A stretch of DNA of 64,000 bases from an uncultured Gemmatimonadales bacterium (GCA_963798085.1 CAWCRS010000007.1:1849029-1913028), one strand, 5' to 3'. Counted from the first letter of the stretch, positions 1 through 11,880 are shown. Notes: generated by a model from the letters alone, not told the origin. Made by a program: numbers and translations.

Positions 1-1
1 T

Positions 2-1393
2 GGAGCGGTCCTGGCCGAGGCTGAGCGTGATGGGAGCCAGCCAATGGTAGTCACTGAGCGCGCTCACATCGCCCGGTCCGCACGCCGTGAAGTTGATGCA
101 GAAGATGGCGTCACCGCTCTGCGTCCCCAGACGCGTGTGCTCGGGCCGATAACCGAGTGTAATGGCGCCGTAGCGCAGCGAACGGCTGAAATTCAGGTAG
201 CCGCCCTGCGAGTAGCGGCGGAACACCTGCGGCAGGCTCTGCAGCTCGGCAAAGCCGCCTGCGCCGAACGTGTTGAGCGGTCCGAAGAGCCAGGGCTGCG
301 TGAAATCCGCCGTACCCGAACCTGCCAGACTGCCGTAGTACGCATTGATGGGATCGAAGGGCTTGAACTGCTGCAGCGTCTTCGCCAGCAGGTTGCTCAT
401 GGTGGCGCGCACCGTGAGCCGGCGCGCGCCGCCGTAGAAGCTGCGGCTGGTCCACTGCAACTCGGTGTTGAGGTAGTCCGCGCTGCTCAGGCCCATGCCC
501 GCGCGCACCCGGTGCAGGTCGCCTTCGTTCACCTGCACGCGCACCGGTATCAGCGTGTCGTCGTCGGTGCGCGGCACGGCCACGATCTCCGCATGACGGA
601 ATACCTCCTGGGCGAAGAGGTTCCGCTGGCTGCGCAGCAGTTGCTCCCGGCTGAAGACATCGCCGGTGGTGAACGTGAGCATGCGGCGCACCACGGTGGA
701 GTCCACTTTCTCCGCGCCCAGCACTTCCACGGTGCCGAAGCGCGAGCGGGCGCCCGCGAGTATGTCGTAGCTCACGGTCGCGGAGTGCGGCTGATCGCGC
801 GGCGCGCTGTAGCTGGCCAGCACTTCCGCGTGCGCGTAGCCGCGGTTCTGAAGGCGTGCGATCATGCTGTCGCGCGCGGCCTCGTAGAGTGTGCGGCTCA
901 GCGGATCGCCCACGTGCAGCGGCAGTGAGCGTGTGACCTCGCGCGGCACACTGTCCGCGCCCGAGAATGCGATGTCGGTCACGCGGATCGGCTCGCCTTC
1001 GGCGACATTGAAGGCGACGTGCACCATTTCGCCTTCGCGCGTGGTGTCCACATGCACCCTCGCCTCACGGTAGCCCTGCCCCGCGTACAGGATCTGGAGC
1101 CGCAGTGCGTCCTGATCGAGGGCAATGGGATCGACGTACTGCCGGTCGACACCCACACCCAGCCAGCACAGCGGCTTCACTGCCGTGCACTGCGTCGGCG
1201 ACGTGACCAGTGCGGCGGCCAGCACGCGGGGCGGAAACGCGTGCGCCCCGGGAAACGTCACCGAGGCGATTTCCATGGAATCGACGCGCGGGCGTTCCTG
1301 CGCCCCGGCGCGACCCGCTAACACAGCGATAGCAAGCAGGGCCGGTCCCGGTAGCGCGGCCAGCCCGGCCCTCCACATACCCGCCCGCTTCAT
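2..1393 (-). CDS. BamA/TamA (Omp85) family outer-membrane assembly protein with POTRA domains; 3' end runs off the window
   Basis: Read manually, absent from ORF track because it lacks a stop. ATG at 1393 overlaps the tsaD stop (ATGA). MKRAGMW... signal peptide, then POTRA-like motifs (LQILYAGQGYREARV; LQNRGYAHAEV; TFTTGDVFSREQLLRSQRNLF...VFRHAEI; VRVQVNEG). Confidence 0.85.
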   Translation of the reverse strand, partial: MKRAGMWRAGLAALPGPALLAIAVLAGRAGAQERPRVDSMEIASVTFPGAHAFPPRVLAAALVTSPTQCTAVKPLCWLGVGVDRQYVDPIALDQDALRLQILYAGQGYREARVHVDTTREGEMVHVAFNVAEGEPIRVTDIAFSGADSVPREVTRSLPLHVGDPLSRTLYEAARDSMIARLQNRGYAHAEVLASYSAPRDQPHSATVSYDILAGARSRFGTVEVLGAEKVDSTVVRRMLTFTTGDVFSREQLLRSQRNLFAQEVFRHAEIVAVPRTDDDTLIPVRVQVNEGDLHRVRAGMGLSSADYLNTELQWTSRSFYGGARRLTVRATMSNLLAKTLQQFKPFDPINAYYGSLAGSGTADFTQPWLFGPLNTFGAGGFAELQSLPQVFRRYSQGGYLNFSRSLRYGAITLGYRPEHTRLGTQSGDAIFCINFTACGPGDVSALSDYHWLAPITLSLGQDRS

Positions 1394-2454
1394 CGCGCGC
1401 GCGCCGCGGCGGCCCGGACCAGGCCGGGGAAAGGCAGATCGGCGCGCGCCGTGCTCCCGGGCCCGCCCGTCTCGCCTCGCCCGTAGTGGAATGCCGCGGC
1501 ACTCGCCACCATGGCGGCGTTGTCCGTGGCCAGCCGCGGCGACGGGAAATGCACGCTGGCTTCCCCCTCGAGCGCCGACTGCAGCGCGATGCGCAGGGCG
1601 AGGCTCGCGGCCACACCGCCGCCCAGCACCACGCGCGGACTGCCCGTCTCGCGCACCGCGCGCACGGTCTTGGCGACGAGCACATCGAGCAGCGCGCTCT
1701 GGAAGGACGCGGCGAGGTTGTCCACCTCGGCGTCCAGCCGGCCCGTGCGCTCCAGCTCGCGGACACGGGTGAGCACGGCGGTTTTCAGGCCACTGAACGA
1801 GAAGTCGTAGTAGTCCGTATCGCCGGGCAGCTGGTTGGACGCGAGCATGGGTCGCGGCAGCGCATGAGCGGCAGGATTGCCGGCCCTCGCCCTCGCTTCG
1901 ATGCGCGGCCCGCCCGGGTACCCGAGCCCGAGGATGCGCGCCACCTTGTCGAAGGCTTCGCCCGCCGCATCATCGCGCGTCTCGCCCAGCAGCTGGTAGC
2001 AGCCCCACTCCCGCACGTTGAGCAGCATGGTGTGTCCGCCCGAAACGAGCAGCGCCACGAACGGTGGCGTCGCCGCCGCATCATCCAGCGCTGTGCCGAA
2101 CAGGTGAGCCTCCATGTGATGCACGGGCACGAAAGGCCGGCCCAGCGCAAAAGCCGCGCTCTTGCTCCACGTCAGGCCCACGAGCAGCGCGCCGATGAGG
2201 CCGGGGCCCGCGGTTGCCGCTAACACGTCGATATCACGCAGCGCAACACCCGCCTGCCGCAACGCGCCATCCACCACATCGTCGATGGCGGCCAGGTGCG
2301 CGCGTGCCGCGATCTCGGGCACCACCCCGCCGTACAGGGCGTGGGCGTCCTGCGACAGGATGATGTGGCCCAGGACACGCTGCTGGCCGCGCAGCACGGC
2401 CGCCGACGTTTCGTCGCAGGATGTCTCGACGGCCAGGATCAGGGGCTCGCTCAT
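1390..2454 (-). CDS. tsaD: tRNA N6-threonylcarbamoyladenosine transferase TsaD
   Basis: LAVETSCDETSAAV, GGVVPEIAARAH, HHMEAH, LLVSGGHT, GETRDDAAGEAFDK, FSFSGLKT, TDNAAM motifs. Confidence 0.97.
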   Translation of the reverse strand: MSEPLILAVETSCDETSAAVLRGQQRVLGHIILSQDAHALYGGVVPEIAARAHLAAIDDVVDGALRQAGVALRDIDVLAATAGPGLIGALLVGLTWSKSAAFALGRPFVPVHHMEAHLFGTALDDAAATPPFVALLVSGGHTMLLNVREWGCYQLLGETRDDAAGEAFDKVARILGLGYPGGPRIEARARAGNPAAHALPRPMLASNQLPGDTDYYDFSFSGLKTAVLTRVRELERTGRLDAEVDNLAASFQSALLDVLVAKTVRAVRETGSPRVVLGGGVAASLALRIALQSALEGEASVHFPSPRLATDNAAMVASAAAFHYGRGETGGPGSTARADLPFPGLVRAAAARAR

Positions 2455-3173
2455 TCCGGCGATCTGCCGCGGCGCCCGCCGCGCGACCCGGTGGTGTCCG
2501 CCGTCGCGCGGATGGATACGATCATGCGCACCTCCTGCGGGCTCAGCACCACGGCCCGGTTGCGACGGTCCAGCGAATCCAGCGGCACGACAATGGTGTC
2601 GCTGACGGTATGCCGTGTCAGATCGAGCGCAGGCAGGCGCAGCGAGTCCATGCGCTCGAGGGCGCGGGTGGGGCCGGTGGCGCGCACCGCGGCGGGTTCG
2701 AGCAGCACGTGACCAACGAGCTCGAAGCCGGCGGGCGGCGCGCCGAGCACCGTCACCGCCACCGGTATCAGCCGGCTGGTCACGCGATCGAAGGAGAGCC
2801 GCACGGCGGCCGGCCGGATCTCGTCTACACGGGTGTTATCGAGCCCCTTGCCCAGCGCCACCCAGCCCGGACGCAGCACTACGACTTCAGTGGAGTCGGT
2901 GACATTGTCCAGCGGCACGAGTATGCTGGGCCGCTCCGCCGCGGCGCGGATCAGTTCGCGCACCGGCCCGGAGAACACGACGCGTACCACGGGCGGCTCC
3001 GGTTCCGAAGCCAGCACCCAGCCGGCATCCCGGTTCATGACCTGTACCGGGATCTCGTCGATGCCCACCTGATTATCAGTCTTGACCAGCGTCCAGAGCA
3101 GAAAGGCGAGACCGAGGGCGGTCAGCTTGAGCAGCAGGTCCTTGGTCAGCGTATCGAGCAGCCGCTGCAGCAC
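2451..3173 (-). CDS. YbbR/CdaR-family membrane-anchored protein
   Basis: GTG start at 3173 inferred. N-terminal 'KDLLLKLTALGLAFLLW' anchor and YbbR-like repeats (IPVQV...VRVVFSGP; IPVAVTVLGAPPAGFEL...EPAAVRATGP). Confidence 0.8.
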   Translation of the reverse strand: MLQRLLDTLTKDLLLKLTALGLAFLLWTLVKTDNQVGIDEIPVQVMNRDAGWVLASEPEPPVVRVVFSGPVRELIRAAAERPSILVPLDNVTDSTEVVVLRPGWVALGKGLDNTRVDEIRPAAVRLSFDRVTSRLIPVAVTVLGAPPAGFELVGHVLLEPAAVRATGPTRALERMDSLRLPALDLTRHTVSDTIVVPLDSLDRRNRAVVLSPQEVRMIVSIRATADTTGSRGGRRGRSPE

Positions 3174-3175
3174 CG

Positions 3176-3733
3176 TCAGCTCCCCAGAAGCTTGCGGATC
3201 TCCGTCTGGAATTGCGGCTGATCCCAGGCGCGTCCGCCGAGGTACTTGCCGCGGATGCGTCCCTCGCGATCGATCAGGTAGGAAACAGGCAGGCCCGGCA
3301 CCGGAAACCCATCTTCCACATGCCGGTCCGGATCGTACAGCACGGGGAATGTAATGCCGTGTTCCCGGACGAAGTTCTGCACGGCTTCCTGCGGCTCGCC
3401 CTCGGTCAGTGCGGCGTTGTCGACACTGACGGCGACCACGGTGAAGCCCGCATCCTTCATGGTGAGGAAGGCGTTCTCGAGCGCGGGCATTTCGCGCACG
3501 CACGGCACGCACCAGGTGGCCCACACGTTGAGCAGCACCACGCGACCGTGCAGGTCAGCGAGTCGCATCGTGTCCCTGGCAAGCGTAAGACCCTGATAGG
3601 CGGGCGCCTTGCTGCCCACATCGAGCGGCTCGTGGCGGCCCCGCGCGGACCACGCGTATCCCACCAGTATTACGAGAACGGCGCCCACGATGCCGCGGCG
3701 CAACCAGCGCGAGCGTGTTTCAGCGGCCAGCAT
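3176..3733 (-). CDS. TlpA/ResA-like thiol-disulfide oxidoreductase
   Basis: N-terminal TM segment, VLLNVWATWCVPCVREMP, GLPVSYLIDREGRI; start at 3733 (MLAAETR) inferred. Confidence 0.93.
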   Translation of the reverse strand: MLAAETRSRWLRRGIVGAVLVILVGYAWSARGRHEPLDVGSKAPAYQGLTLARDTMRLADLHGRVVLLNVWATWCVPCVREMPALENAFLTMKDAGFTVVAVSVDNAALTEGEPQEAVQNFVREHGITFPVLYDPDRHVEDGFPVPGLPVSYLIDREGRIRGKYLGGRAWDQPQFQTEIRKLLGS

Positions 3734-4526
3734 GGGCGAGTCCGGGTAGCAGGACTGGAACGCGGGCCGGTTCCGCGGGACACGAAGCGCCCCGCGCCTC
3801 GCCTTCCGCCGGTCCCGTCTGACAGCGTGTAACCTGCTGTCCACGCACGAACATAGCCTTTCCGTCGGACGCTGACCAGCCGCGCCCCGGCGAAGCCAGC
3901 GTGTCGATGTGAACCGTGTCCAGCGCGGTCGTGTCGACGCCTGCACTCACGAGAATCGTGACGCGCGCCGGAAGCTGCAGTCGCTCGCCCGCCTCGGGAT
4001 TGAGTCCGATCACGCGACCCTTCGCTTCGCTCGACGTCGTATCGATACGCTGCACATCGAAGCCCAGTCGCGTGAGCAGCCCGGCGGCCCTGTCCACCGG
4101 GAAGCCCATCACATCAGGCACCACCACGCGCGGCCGTCCCGAGCTGATGGCCACGCGCACGGATGCGCCCGTGCGCAGCTGTTGTCCCGGCAGCGGCGAC
4201 TGCGCGATGATCGTGTTCTCGGGCGCCGTCGGACTGGGCAGTCGGGTCACTTCCAGCGAGCCCAGCCCCACAGACTCGAGCTCGCGCTGTGCCGCACCCG
4301 CTGTTTCTCCGGTCAGCGCCGGAACCGGGATGCCCTGTGCCACCACGGGCGGCGGCGGGAAGATCACCCGTACCGCGAGCACGTAGCCGAGCGCAAACGG
4401 CAGTGTGGCGCCCAGAGCGATAAGCGCCCAGTAGCCGGCTTTCCAGCGCCGGCTTCGCGGCGTGCCGGTTTCCGCCGAGCGCTTCCGCTTCCCGCCCATG
4501 CGCCGCTTCACGGAGTCGCCGAGCAT
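3720..4526 (-). CDS. PASTA domain-containing membrane protein
   Basis: TM helix then two PASTA repeats (VPALTG...IIAQSPLPG; VPDVMG...VIGLNPEAG); C-terminal tail poorly conserved. Confidence 0.85.
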   Translation of the reverse strand: MLGDSVKRRMGGKRKRSAETGTPRSRRWKAGYWALIALGATLPFALGYVLAVRVIFPPPPVVAQGIPVPALTGETAGAAQRELESVGLGSLEVTRLPSPTAPENTIIAQSPLPGQQLRTGASVRVAISSGRPRVVVPDVMGFPVDRAAGLLTRLGFDVQRIDTTSSEAKGRVIGLNPEAGERLQLPARVTILVSAGVDTTALDTVHIDTLASPGRGWSASDGKAMFVRGQQVTRCQTGPAEGEARGASCPAEPARVPVLLPGLAHAGR

Positions 4527-5840
4527 TCAGGGCTTGCGCCGCAAGCGTGCGGCGAAGGCGCCATCGAACCCCTGCTCCTGCGGCAGCAGCCGCAGCCGTC
4601 CGTCCCCGGCCAGCCCGGTCAGGGCCGGCGCGGCCGGCGCTTCCACAGCGAACGCGCGGTTCCTCTCGAGGAACGCATCCACCTGCATGTCATTCTCCTC
4701 CGCCTCCAGTGAGCACGTCGCGTACACGAGCAGACCGCCCGGTCGGACCACGGCCGCCGCAGCGTCCAGCAGCTCGGCCTGCAGCCGGGCGAGTGAGGCG
4801 ACGTCGTCGGCGCCCAGTCGCCAGCGCCCGTCCGCGTGCCGGCGCAACGTCCCGGTGCCGGTGCACGGCGCATCCACGAGCACGACGTCGGCCGCGCGTA
4901 CCGCCGGCCTCCGGCCATCCATCACAACCATGCGCACGGGCAATGCCGGCAGGCGCGCGAGATTCTCGCGCACGCGGCCGATGCGCGCCTTGGATGCATC
5001 GGCTGCCACTACCCTGCGCACCGACGCAGAACCGGTGCCCACGGCAAGCGCGATACTCTTTCCGCCGGGCGCGGCGCACAGGTCCAGAACGAGTGCATCG
5101 GCGGGCGGCGCGGCATAGCGCGCCACCACACCCGCCGCGGGGTCCTGCACGATCGCGGGAATTGCCGCAAGCGCATCCGTCAGCGCAGCGCCCCCGCCTA
5201 ACCGGATCGCATTCGGCGCCCCCGCGACGGACGCCGCCGCCACATCGTGCGCTGTCAGTGTCGCCAGTGCGTCGGGAATCGCAATGCCCACGGGGCGAAG
5301 GTACAGCGCGGGCCGCTGATTGTTCGCTTCGACCAGCTGGCGCGCGGATTCGGCGCCGAAGCGCGCGACCCAGCGTTCGACCAGCCAGCGCGGGTGGCTG
5401 CCCCATGTGCTCAGGTACGCGACTGGATCCGCGGCGAAATCGGGAAACGCGAACACGCCTTCTGCACGCTTCACCGATTGCAGCACGGCGTTCACGAGGC
5501 GCGCGCCACCGGGCGAATGCGGACGGACCAGCGACACGGATTCGGAGACTGCGGCGTACGCAGGCACGCTGTCCATCTCGAGCAGCTGGTACGTGCCCAG
5601 CCGCAGCGCATCGAGCACCACGGCATCGAGACGCTCCAGAGGACGACTCGCGAATGGTTCGAGAATGTGATCGAGGCGACCGCGCAGTCTCAGCGTGCCC
5701 TGCACCAGCTCCTGCGTCCACGCTCGGTCACGCTGCGGCAGTCGCTCGATCTCCCGGCGCAGCGCGGCGTCGGCCAGCTCACCCGTGCGCAGCGCGTCGA
5801 GCACCCGCAGAGCGGCCTGACGCGCCGGCGTCGCATTCAC
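4527..5840 (-). CDS. rsmB: 16S rRNA m5C967 methyltransferase RsmB (Sun)
   Basis: NusB-like N-terminus, SHPRWLVERW, VQD, VLDLCAAPGGKS, VLVDAPCTGTG, LVYATCSLEAEEN; GTG start at 5840 inferred. Confidence 0.95.
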   Translation of the reverse strand: MNATPARQAALRVLDALRTGELADAALRREIERLPQRDRAWTQELVQGTLRLRGRLDHILEPFASRPLERLDAVVLDALRLGTYQLLEMDSVPAYAAVSESVSLVRPHSPGGARLVNAVLQSVKRAEGVFAFPDFAADPVAYLSTWGSHPRWLVERWVARFGAESARQLVEANNQRPALYLRPVGIAIPDALATLTAHDVAAASVAGAPNAIRLGGGAALTDALAAIPAIVQDPAAGVVARYAAPPADALVLDLCAAPGGKSIALAVGTGSASVRRVVAADASKARIGRVRENLARLPALPVRMVVMDGRRPAVRAADVVLVDAPCTGTGTLRRHADGRWRLGADDVASLARLQAELLDAAAAVVRPGGLLVYATCSLEAEENDMQVDAFLERNRAFAVEAPAAPALTGLAGDGRLRLLPQEQGFDGAFAARLRRKP

Positions 5841-5897
5841 GACGCGATCGGGCGATGCACCTCGAATGCGGGGCGTAGCGCACACGCGGCGGATCGC

Positions 5898-6677
5898 TCA
5901 GCGCAGCATGCCGACAACCGGCGACGACGGCACGGCCACTTCGCGACGCGGCATGCGCCCGGCGAGGTATGCCAGGCGCCCGGCCTGAACACCGAGCTGC
6001 ATGGCCAGCGCCATGCGCACGGGATCGCCGGCCTCGGCAATCGCGGTATTCATGAGGATGCCATCCACACCCTGCTCCATCGTCAGGCACGCATCCAATG
6101 CCGTGCCCACGCCCGCATCGACGATCACCGGACATTCCAGCCGGCTCTTGATCTCGCGCACGAAATAAGGATTCAGCAGACCCAGTCCGCTGCCGATGGG
6201 ACTGGCGAGAGGCATCACCGCAGCGCAGCCCGCGTCTTCGAGACGGAGTGCGGTGACCACGTCTTCGTTCGTGTATGCCAACACTTTGAAGCCGTCCGCT
6301 ACAAGCACTTTCGCGGCCTCGAGCGTGGCCACCACATCGGGCAGCAGCGTACGCTGGTCACCGATCACTTCGAGCTTCACCCAGTCGTTCAGACCCGCGG
6401 CGCGTCCCAGCCGCGCGTAGCGTACCGCATCATCCGCGTTGTAGCAGCCGGCCGTGTTGGGCAGGATGAAGATGCTCTCGGGATCGAGATGGTGCAGGAT
6501 GCCTTCTTCCCTGCTGCGATCCAGATCCACGCGCCGCACTGCAACGGTCACCATGCCCGCGCCCGACGCTTCGATGGCGCGCACCATGGTTTCGTTGTCG
6601 CGGTATTTGCCGGTCCCGACAATGAGCCGCGACGCGAACGCGCGGCCCGCAATGATCAGTGGCGCGTCCTGCATCAC
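5898..6677 (-). CDS. thiG: Thiazole synthase
   Basis: SRLIVGTGKY, LPNTAGC, WVKLEVIGD, AVMPLASPIGSGLG, VIVDAGVGT, LMNTAIA. Confidence 0.97.
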   Translation of the reverse strand: MMQDAPLIIAGRAFASRLIVGTGKYRDNETMVRAIEASGAGMVTVAVRRVDLDRSREEGILHHLDPESIFILPNTAGCYNADDAVRYARLGRAAGLNDWVKLEVIGDQRTLLPDVVATLEAAKVLVADGFKVLAYTNEDVVTALRLEDAGCAAVMPLASPIGSGLGLLNPYFVREIKSRLECPVIVDAGVGTALDACLTMEQGVDGILMNTAIAEAGDPVRMALAMQLGVQAGRLAYLAGRMPRREVAVPSSPVVGMLR

Positions 6678-6680
6678 GTC

Positions 6681-6893
6681 TCACCCTCCTCCGACGAAAT
6701 GCACCAGCTCGAAGATGTCACCGGTGCGCACTTCCACCGAGGACAGGCGGCCGCGTTCGAGGATTTCGCGATTGTGCTCGACCACGACCGTGCCCGGCTG
6801 GAGTCCCAGCTCGCGCAGCATCTCCGTCACCGAAAGTCCGGCCGGCAACTCCTTCGGCTGACCGTTCAGTGTGACCAGGACGATTGTTTCCAT
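6681..6893 (-). CDS. thiS: Sulfur carrier protein ThiS
   Basis: 70 aa ubiquitin-like protein ending ELVHFVGGG, adjacent to thiG. Confidence 0.95.
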   Translation of the reverse strand: METIVLVTLNGQPKELPAGLSVTEMLRELGLQPGTVVVEHNREILERGRLSSVEVRTGDIFELVHFVGGG

Positions 6894-6921
6894 GCGCCCG
6901 CTTCCTGCCGGCCGTGTGTGT

Positions 6922-7551
6922 TCAAGCGCCGAATGTGTGCGTCAGCGCTTCGAGGTACCCCTCAAGGCCACGTATCGGATCCCCGGCCCAGATGCCGCCC
7001 AGCACCGCGGCACCATGCGCGCCCGCCCGCGCCAGCGCGCGCATGTGATCCGGCTGCACACCGCCGATCGCGAGCACGGGCCGGCTCGTCGCGGCGACGC
7101 TCGCGCGCACGAGCTCGACACCGCCGGTCGTCTGACCTCTGTGGCTCGCGCTCGGCCAGATTGCGCCGATCAACACGAAGTCCGCGCCTGACGCCGCTGC
7201 TTCGGCTGTTTCACCGGCACTGTGCGCGGAGTAGCCGATCGTACGACTGCCCAGCAGGCTGCGCGCGCCCGCCAGCGGCAGGGAGCGCCGGCCCAGCTGT
7301 ACACCGTGCGCGCCACTCGCCAGCGCCAGGTCAATGCGGTCGTTGATCAGCAGCATGGCGCCCGCGTCATTGGCCGCCGGCACGAGTCGCTCCGCCAGTG
7401 CGTGAAGCACGCTCGCGCGGGTGCCGTGCCCACGCAAATGCAGGGCGACGTCGTGGCCGCCGCGCTTCAGCACAGCAGCCGCCGCTTCCGTGAACGCCGG
7501 CGAGGCGAGGACCGTGTCGTCGCTTACAATGTGGAGGCGAGGCAGCGTCAC
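6922..7551 (-). CDS. thiE: Thiamine-phosphate synthase (ThiE/TenI family)
   Basis: LLINDRIDLALA..AHGVQLG, IGYSAHS, PSASH, PVLAIGGV; GTG start overlapping the fmt stop. Confidence 0.85.
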   Translation of the reverse strand: MTLPRLHIVSDDTVLASPAFTEAAAAVLKRGGHDVALHLRGHGTRASVLHALAERLVPAANDAGAMLLINDRIDLALASGAHGVQLGRRSLPLAGARSLLGSRTIGYSAHSAGETAEAAASGADFVLIGAIWPSASHRGQTTGGVELVRASVAATSRPVLAIGGVQPDHMRALARAGAHGAAVLGGIWAGDPIRGLEGYLEALTHTFGA

Positions 7552-8489
7552 GCGAAACGATCGCCGGGCTGCAGGCGCCGGCCGCGCAGCCACTCGGCGG
7601 TGGTCATGCGACGGCGTCCGGCCGGCTGCACTTCGCGGACCCAGAGTCCACCGCCGCCGCAGGCGATGAGCATGCCGTGCGCGGGATCGCCGGGTTCGAC
7701 GTCGAGCACGGTGCCGGGCGCTTCGCGATGTTCGCGCGGGTCCACGAGCGGCCGGAACATCTTGACCGTCTCGACCTCGCTCGTGGTCCAGGCGCCGGGT
7801 GCATCATCGAACGCGCGCAGATGGCAGCAGACCTCGCGCGCGGATTTCTGCCAGTCAATGCGTGCGTGCTCGCGTGTGACCATGGGCGCCCATGTGGCGC
7901 GCGTTTCGTCCTGCGGCGTTTCCTCGAGCGCGCCTTCTTCCATGAGCGCAAGTGCTTCCACCAGTGCTTCGGCGCCGATCTCGCTGAGGCGTGCGGTCAG
8001 CTCGGCCGCAGTCTCCTGCTCGCCAATGGGCTCCGCGACCTGGAGCAGGATGGGGCCGGCATCGAGGCGCTCCTCCATGCGCATGATCGTGATGCCGGTG
8101 ACATCGCAGCCGCGGTGTATGGCCCAGGCGATGGGCGCGGCGCCGCGCAGCTCGGGCAGCAGTGAGGCGTGCACGTTGACGGAACCGAGGCGGGGCGCAT
8201 CGAGGACTTCGCGGCGCAGGATCTGGCCGTACGCGGCCACGACGTTGAGGTCGGCCTGCTGGCTTTGGAGCCACTCCAGGAACTCATCGCCGCGCGGCTT
8301 TTCGGGCTGCGCGACGGGAATGCCTTCCTCGATGGCGATCTGCTTGACGGGAGGCGCGCGCAACTCGCGTGTGCGACCGGCGGGCCGGTCCGGCTGTGTG
8401 ACGACGGCGGCGACGTCGTGTCCCTCACCCAGCAGCGCGCGCAGGGCGGGCAGCGCGAACTCCGGTGTTCCCCAGAACACGACCCTCAC
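7548..8489 (-). CDS. fmt: Methionyl-tRNA formyltransferase
   Basis: VFWGTPEFA, VVTQPDRPAGR, VAAYGQIL, NVHASLLPELRGAAPI. Confidence 0.97.
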   Translation of the reverse strand: MRVVFWGTPEFALPALRALLGEGHDVAAVVTQPDRPAGRTRELRAPPVKQIAIEEGIPVAQPEKPRGDEFLEWLQSQQADLNVVAAYGQILRREVLDAPRLGSVNVHASLLPELRGAAPIAWAIHRGCDVTGITIMRMEERLDAGPILLQVAEPIGEQETAAELTARLSEIGAEALVEALALMEEGALEETPQDETRATWAPMVTREHARIDWQKSAREVCCHLRAFDDAPGAWTTSEVETVKMFRPLVDPREHREAPGTVLDVEPGDPAHGMLIACGGGGLWVREVQPAGRRRMTTAEWLRGRRLQPGDRFA

Positions 8490-8496
8490 GCCGGTC

Positions 8497-9007
8497 TCAT
8501 TCCTTCCCGTTGTCGCGCCGCTTCTTCTCCCACTTCTTGAGCAGCATCTTGCGCTTCAGCGGACTGACGCGGTCAATGAAGAGAATGCCATCGAGGTGAT
8601 CGACCTCGTGCTGCAGGATGCGCGCGAGCAGGCCGCTGGCGTCAATGCGCAGCGGCTTGCCTTCGGGATCGAGCGCTTCCACTACGACGCTGACTGAGCG
8701 CTGCACCATGTCCTTCAGGCCGGGCAGGCTCAGACAGCCTTCCTCGCCTTTCTCGACATCTTCGCTGGCTTCCAGGATCACGGGATTGATCGAGCGCGAG
8801 GGGAGGCGTGGCTTCGTCGTGCGCATCGACCACGATAACACGCTGTTCCTCACCCACCTGGTTGCCGGCCAGACCCACGCCCTCTTCCGCATACATGGTC
8901 TCGAACATGTCCGCGATGAGGGCGCGCAGACGGCCATCGATCTCGGTCACGGGCTTCGCCTTGCGGCGCAGCACGGGATCGCCCAGCAGTCGTACTTCAC
9001 GCGTCAT
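8497..9007 (-). CDS. def: Peptide deformylase, with one apparent +1 frameshift near 8791
   Basis: N-half (GDPVLRRKAKPV, GVGLAGNQVG) is in ORF 8642..9007; C-half (INPVI, EGCLSLP, QHEVDHLDG) is in ORF 8497..8937. Confidence 0.93.
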
Positions 9008-9020
9008 CGTTCCGGGTCCC

Positions 9021-10747
<1,727 letters not shown>

Positions 10748-10757
10748 AGTTCATCCG

Positions 10758-11816
10758 TCAAAGAACCACCATCGCATCTCCAAACGAATAAAACCGGTAC
10801 TCCCGCGCGACCGCCTCGCGGTATGCGGCCATGACCGCGTCGTAGCCGCCGAATGCGGCGACCAGCATGAGCAGTGTGGACCGCGGCAGATGGAAATTCG
10901 TGATCAGGCGGTCCACGGCGAGGAAGGTGTGGGGCGGGCGCAGGAAGAGCGACGTCGTGCCCTCACCCGCCTGCACGGTGCCCCCGGCTTCGGCCACGGT
11001 CTCCAGTGTGCGCACGACCGTGGTTCCCACCGCCCAGACCTTGCCGCCTGCGGCGCGCGCGCGATTGATCGTGTCCGCCGCCTCCGCCGATACCTGGTAC
11101 CACTCCGGGTGCATGGGGTGCTGCGCGATGTCCTCGCTCTCGACCGGGCGGAACGTGCCCGGTCCCACGTGCAGCACGAGACGCGCGATGTGCGCACGCT
11201 GCGCCAGTGTGTCCAGCAGGGCGGGCGTAAAATGCAGGCCCGCGGTGGGTGCAGCAACCGAGCCTGCGGCTTGGGCGTAAACCGTCTGATAGCGTTCGCG
11301 GTCCTCTGCTTCGGCGGCGCGATCAATGTAGGGCGGCAGCGGCACTTCGCCGTGACGCGCCAGCGCCGACATCACATCGTCGCGCGTCAGCAGGCGCACG
11401 ATGCGCCCGCCATCCGGCGTGCTGTCCAGCACATCAATGGCCAGGTCGCCGGCGATCTCGATGCGGCTGCCGGCGCGCAGTTTCGCGCCCGGCCGCACCA
11501 TGGCTTCCCACACGTGGCTGTCGAAGGATGCGCCGGCTGCCGGATGCAGCAGCAGGACTTCCGCGCGCGCGCCGGTGCTCTTGCGGCCGCGCAGCCGCGC
11601 CGGGATCACGCGCGTCTCGTTCAGCACCAGCACATCGCCGGTATCGATGAGGTCGGGCAGCTCGCGGAAGATGCGATGCTGCAGCTCGGCCGTGTTGCGT
11701 TGCAGCACGAGCAGACGGCTGGCATCGCGCGGCGTCACGGGATAACGCGCGATGCGCGCGGCAGGCAGCAGGTAGTCGAATGCGGAAAGCGGGAGCGGCG
11801 CCGGCGGGTCGGCCAC
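10758..11816 (-). CDS. queA: S-adenosylmethionine:tRNA ribosyltransferase-isomerase
   Basis: FDYLLP..RIA, VLNETRVIPARL, PLPPYI, YQTVYA, APTAGLHFT, LHVGPGTF, AVGTTVVRTLE, TNFHLPRSTL, YRFYSFGDAM. Confidence 0.97.
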   Translation of the reverse strand: MADPPAPLPLSAFDYLLPAARIARYPVTPRDASRLLVLQRNTAELQHRIFRELPDLIDTGDVLVLNETRVIPARLRGRKSTGARAEVLLLHPAAGASFDSHVWEAMVRPGAKLRAGSRIEIAGDLAIDVLDSTPDGGRIVRLLTRDDVMSALARHGEVPLPPYIDRAAEAEDRERYQTVYAQAAGSVAAPTAGLHFTPALLDTLAQRAHIARLVLHVGPGTFRPVESEDIAQHPMHPEWYQVSAEAADTINRARAAGGKVWAVGTTVVRTLETVAEAGGTVQAGEGTTSLFLRPPHTFLAVDRLITNFHLPRSTLLMLVAAFGGYDAVMAAYREAVAREYRFYSFGDAMVVL

Positions 11817-11880
11817 GGGAGTCGTCGCTGGAATGTCGGGCGTCGTCGCTCAGCCGGCTCTGGCGCCCGCGCTCATGGCG

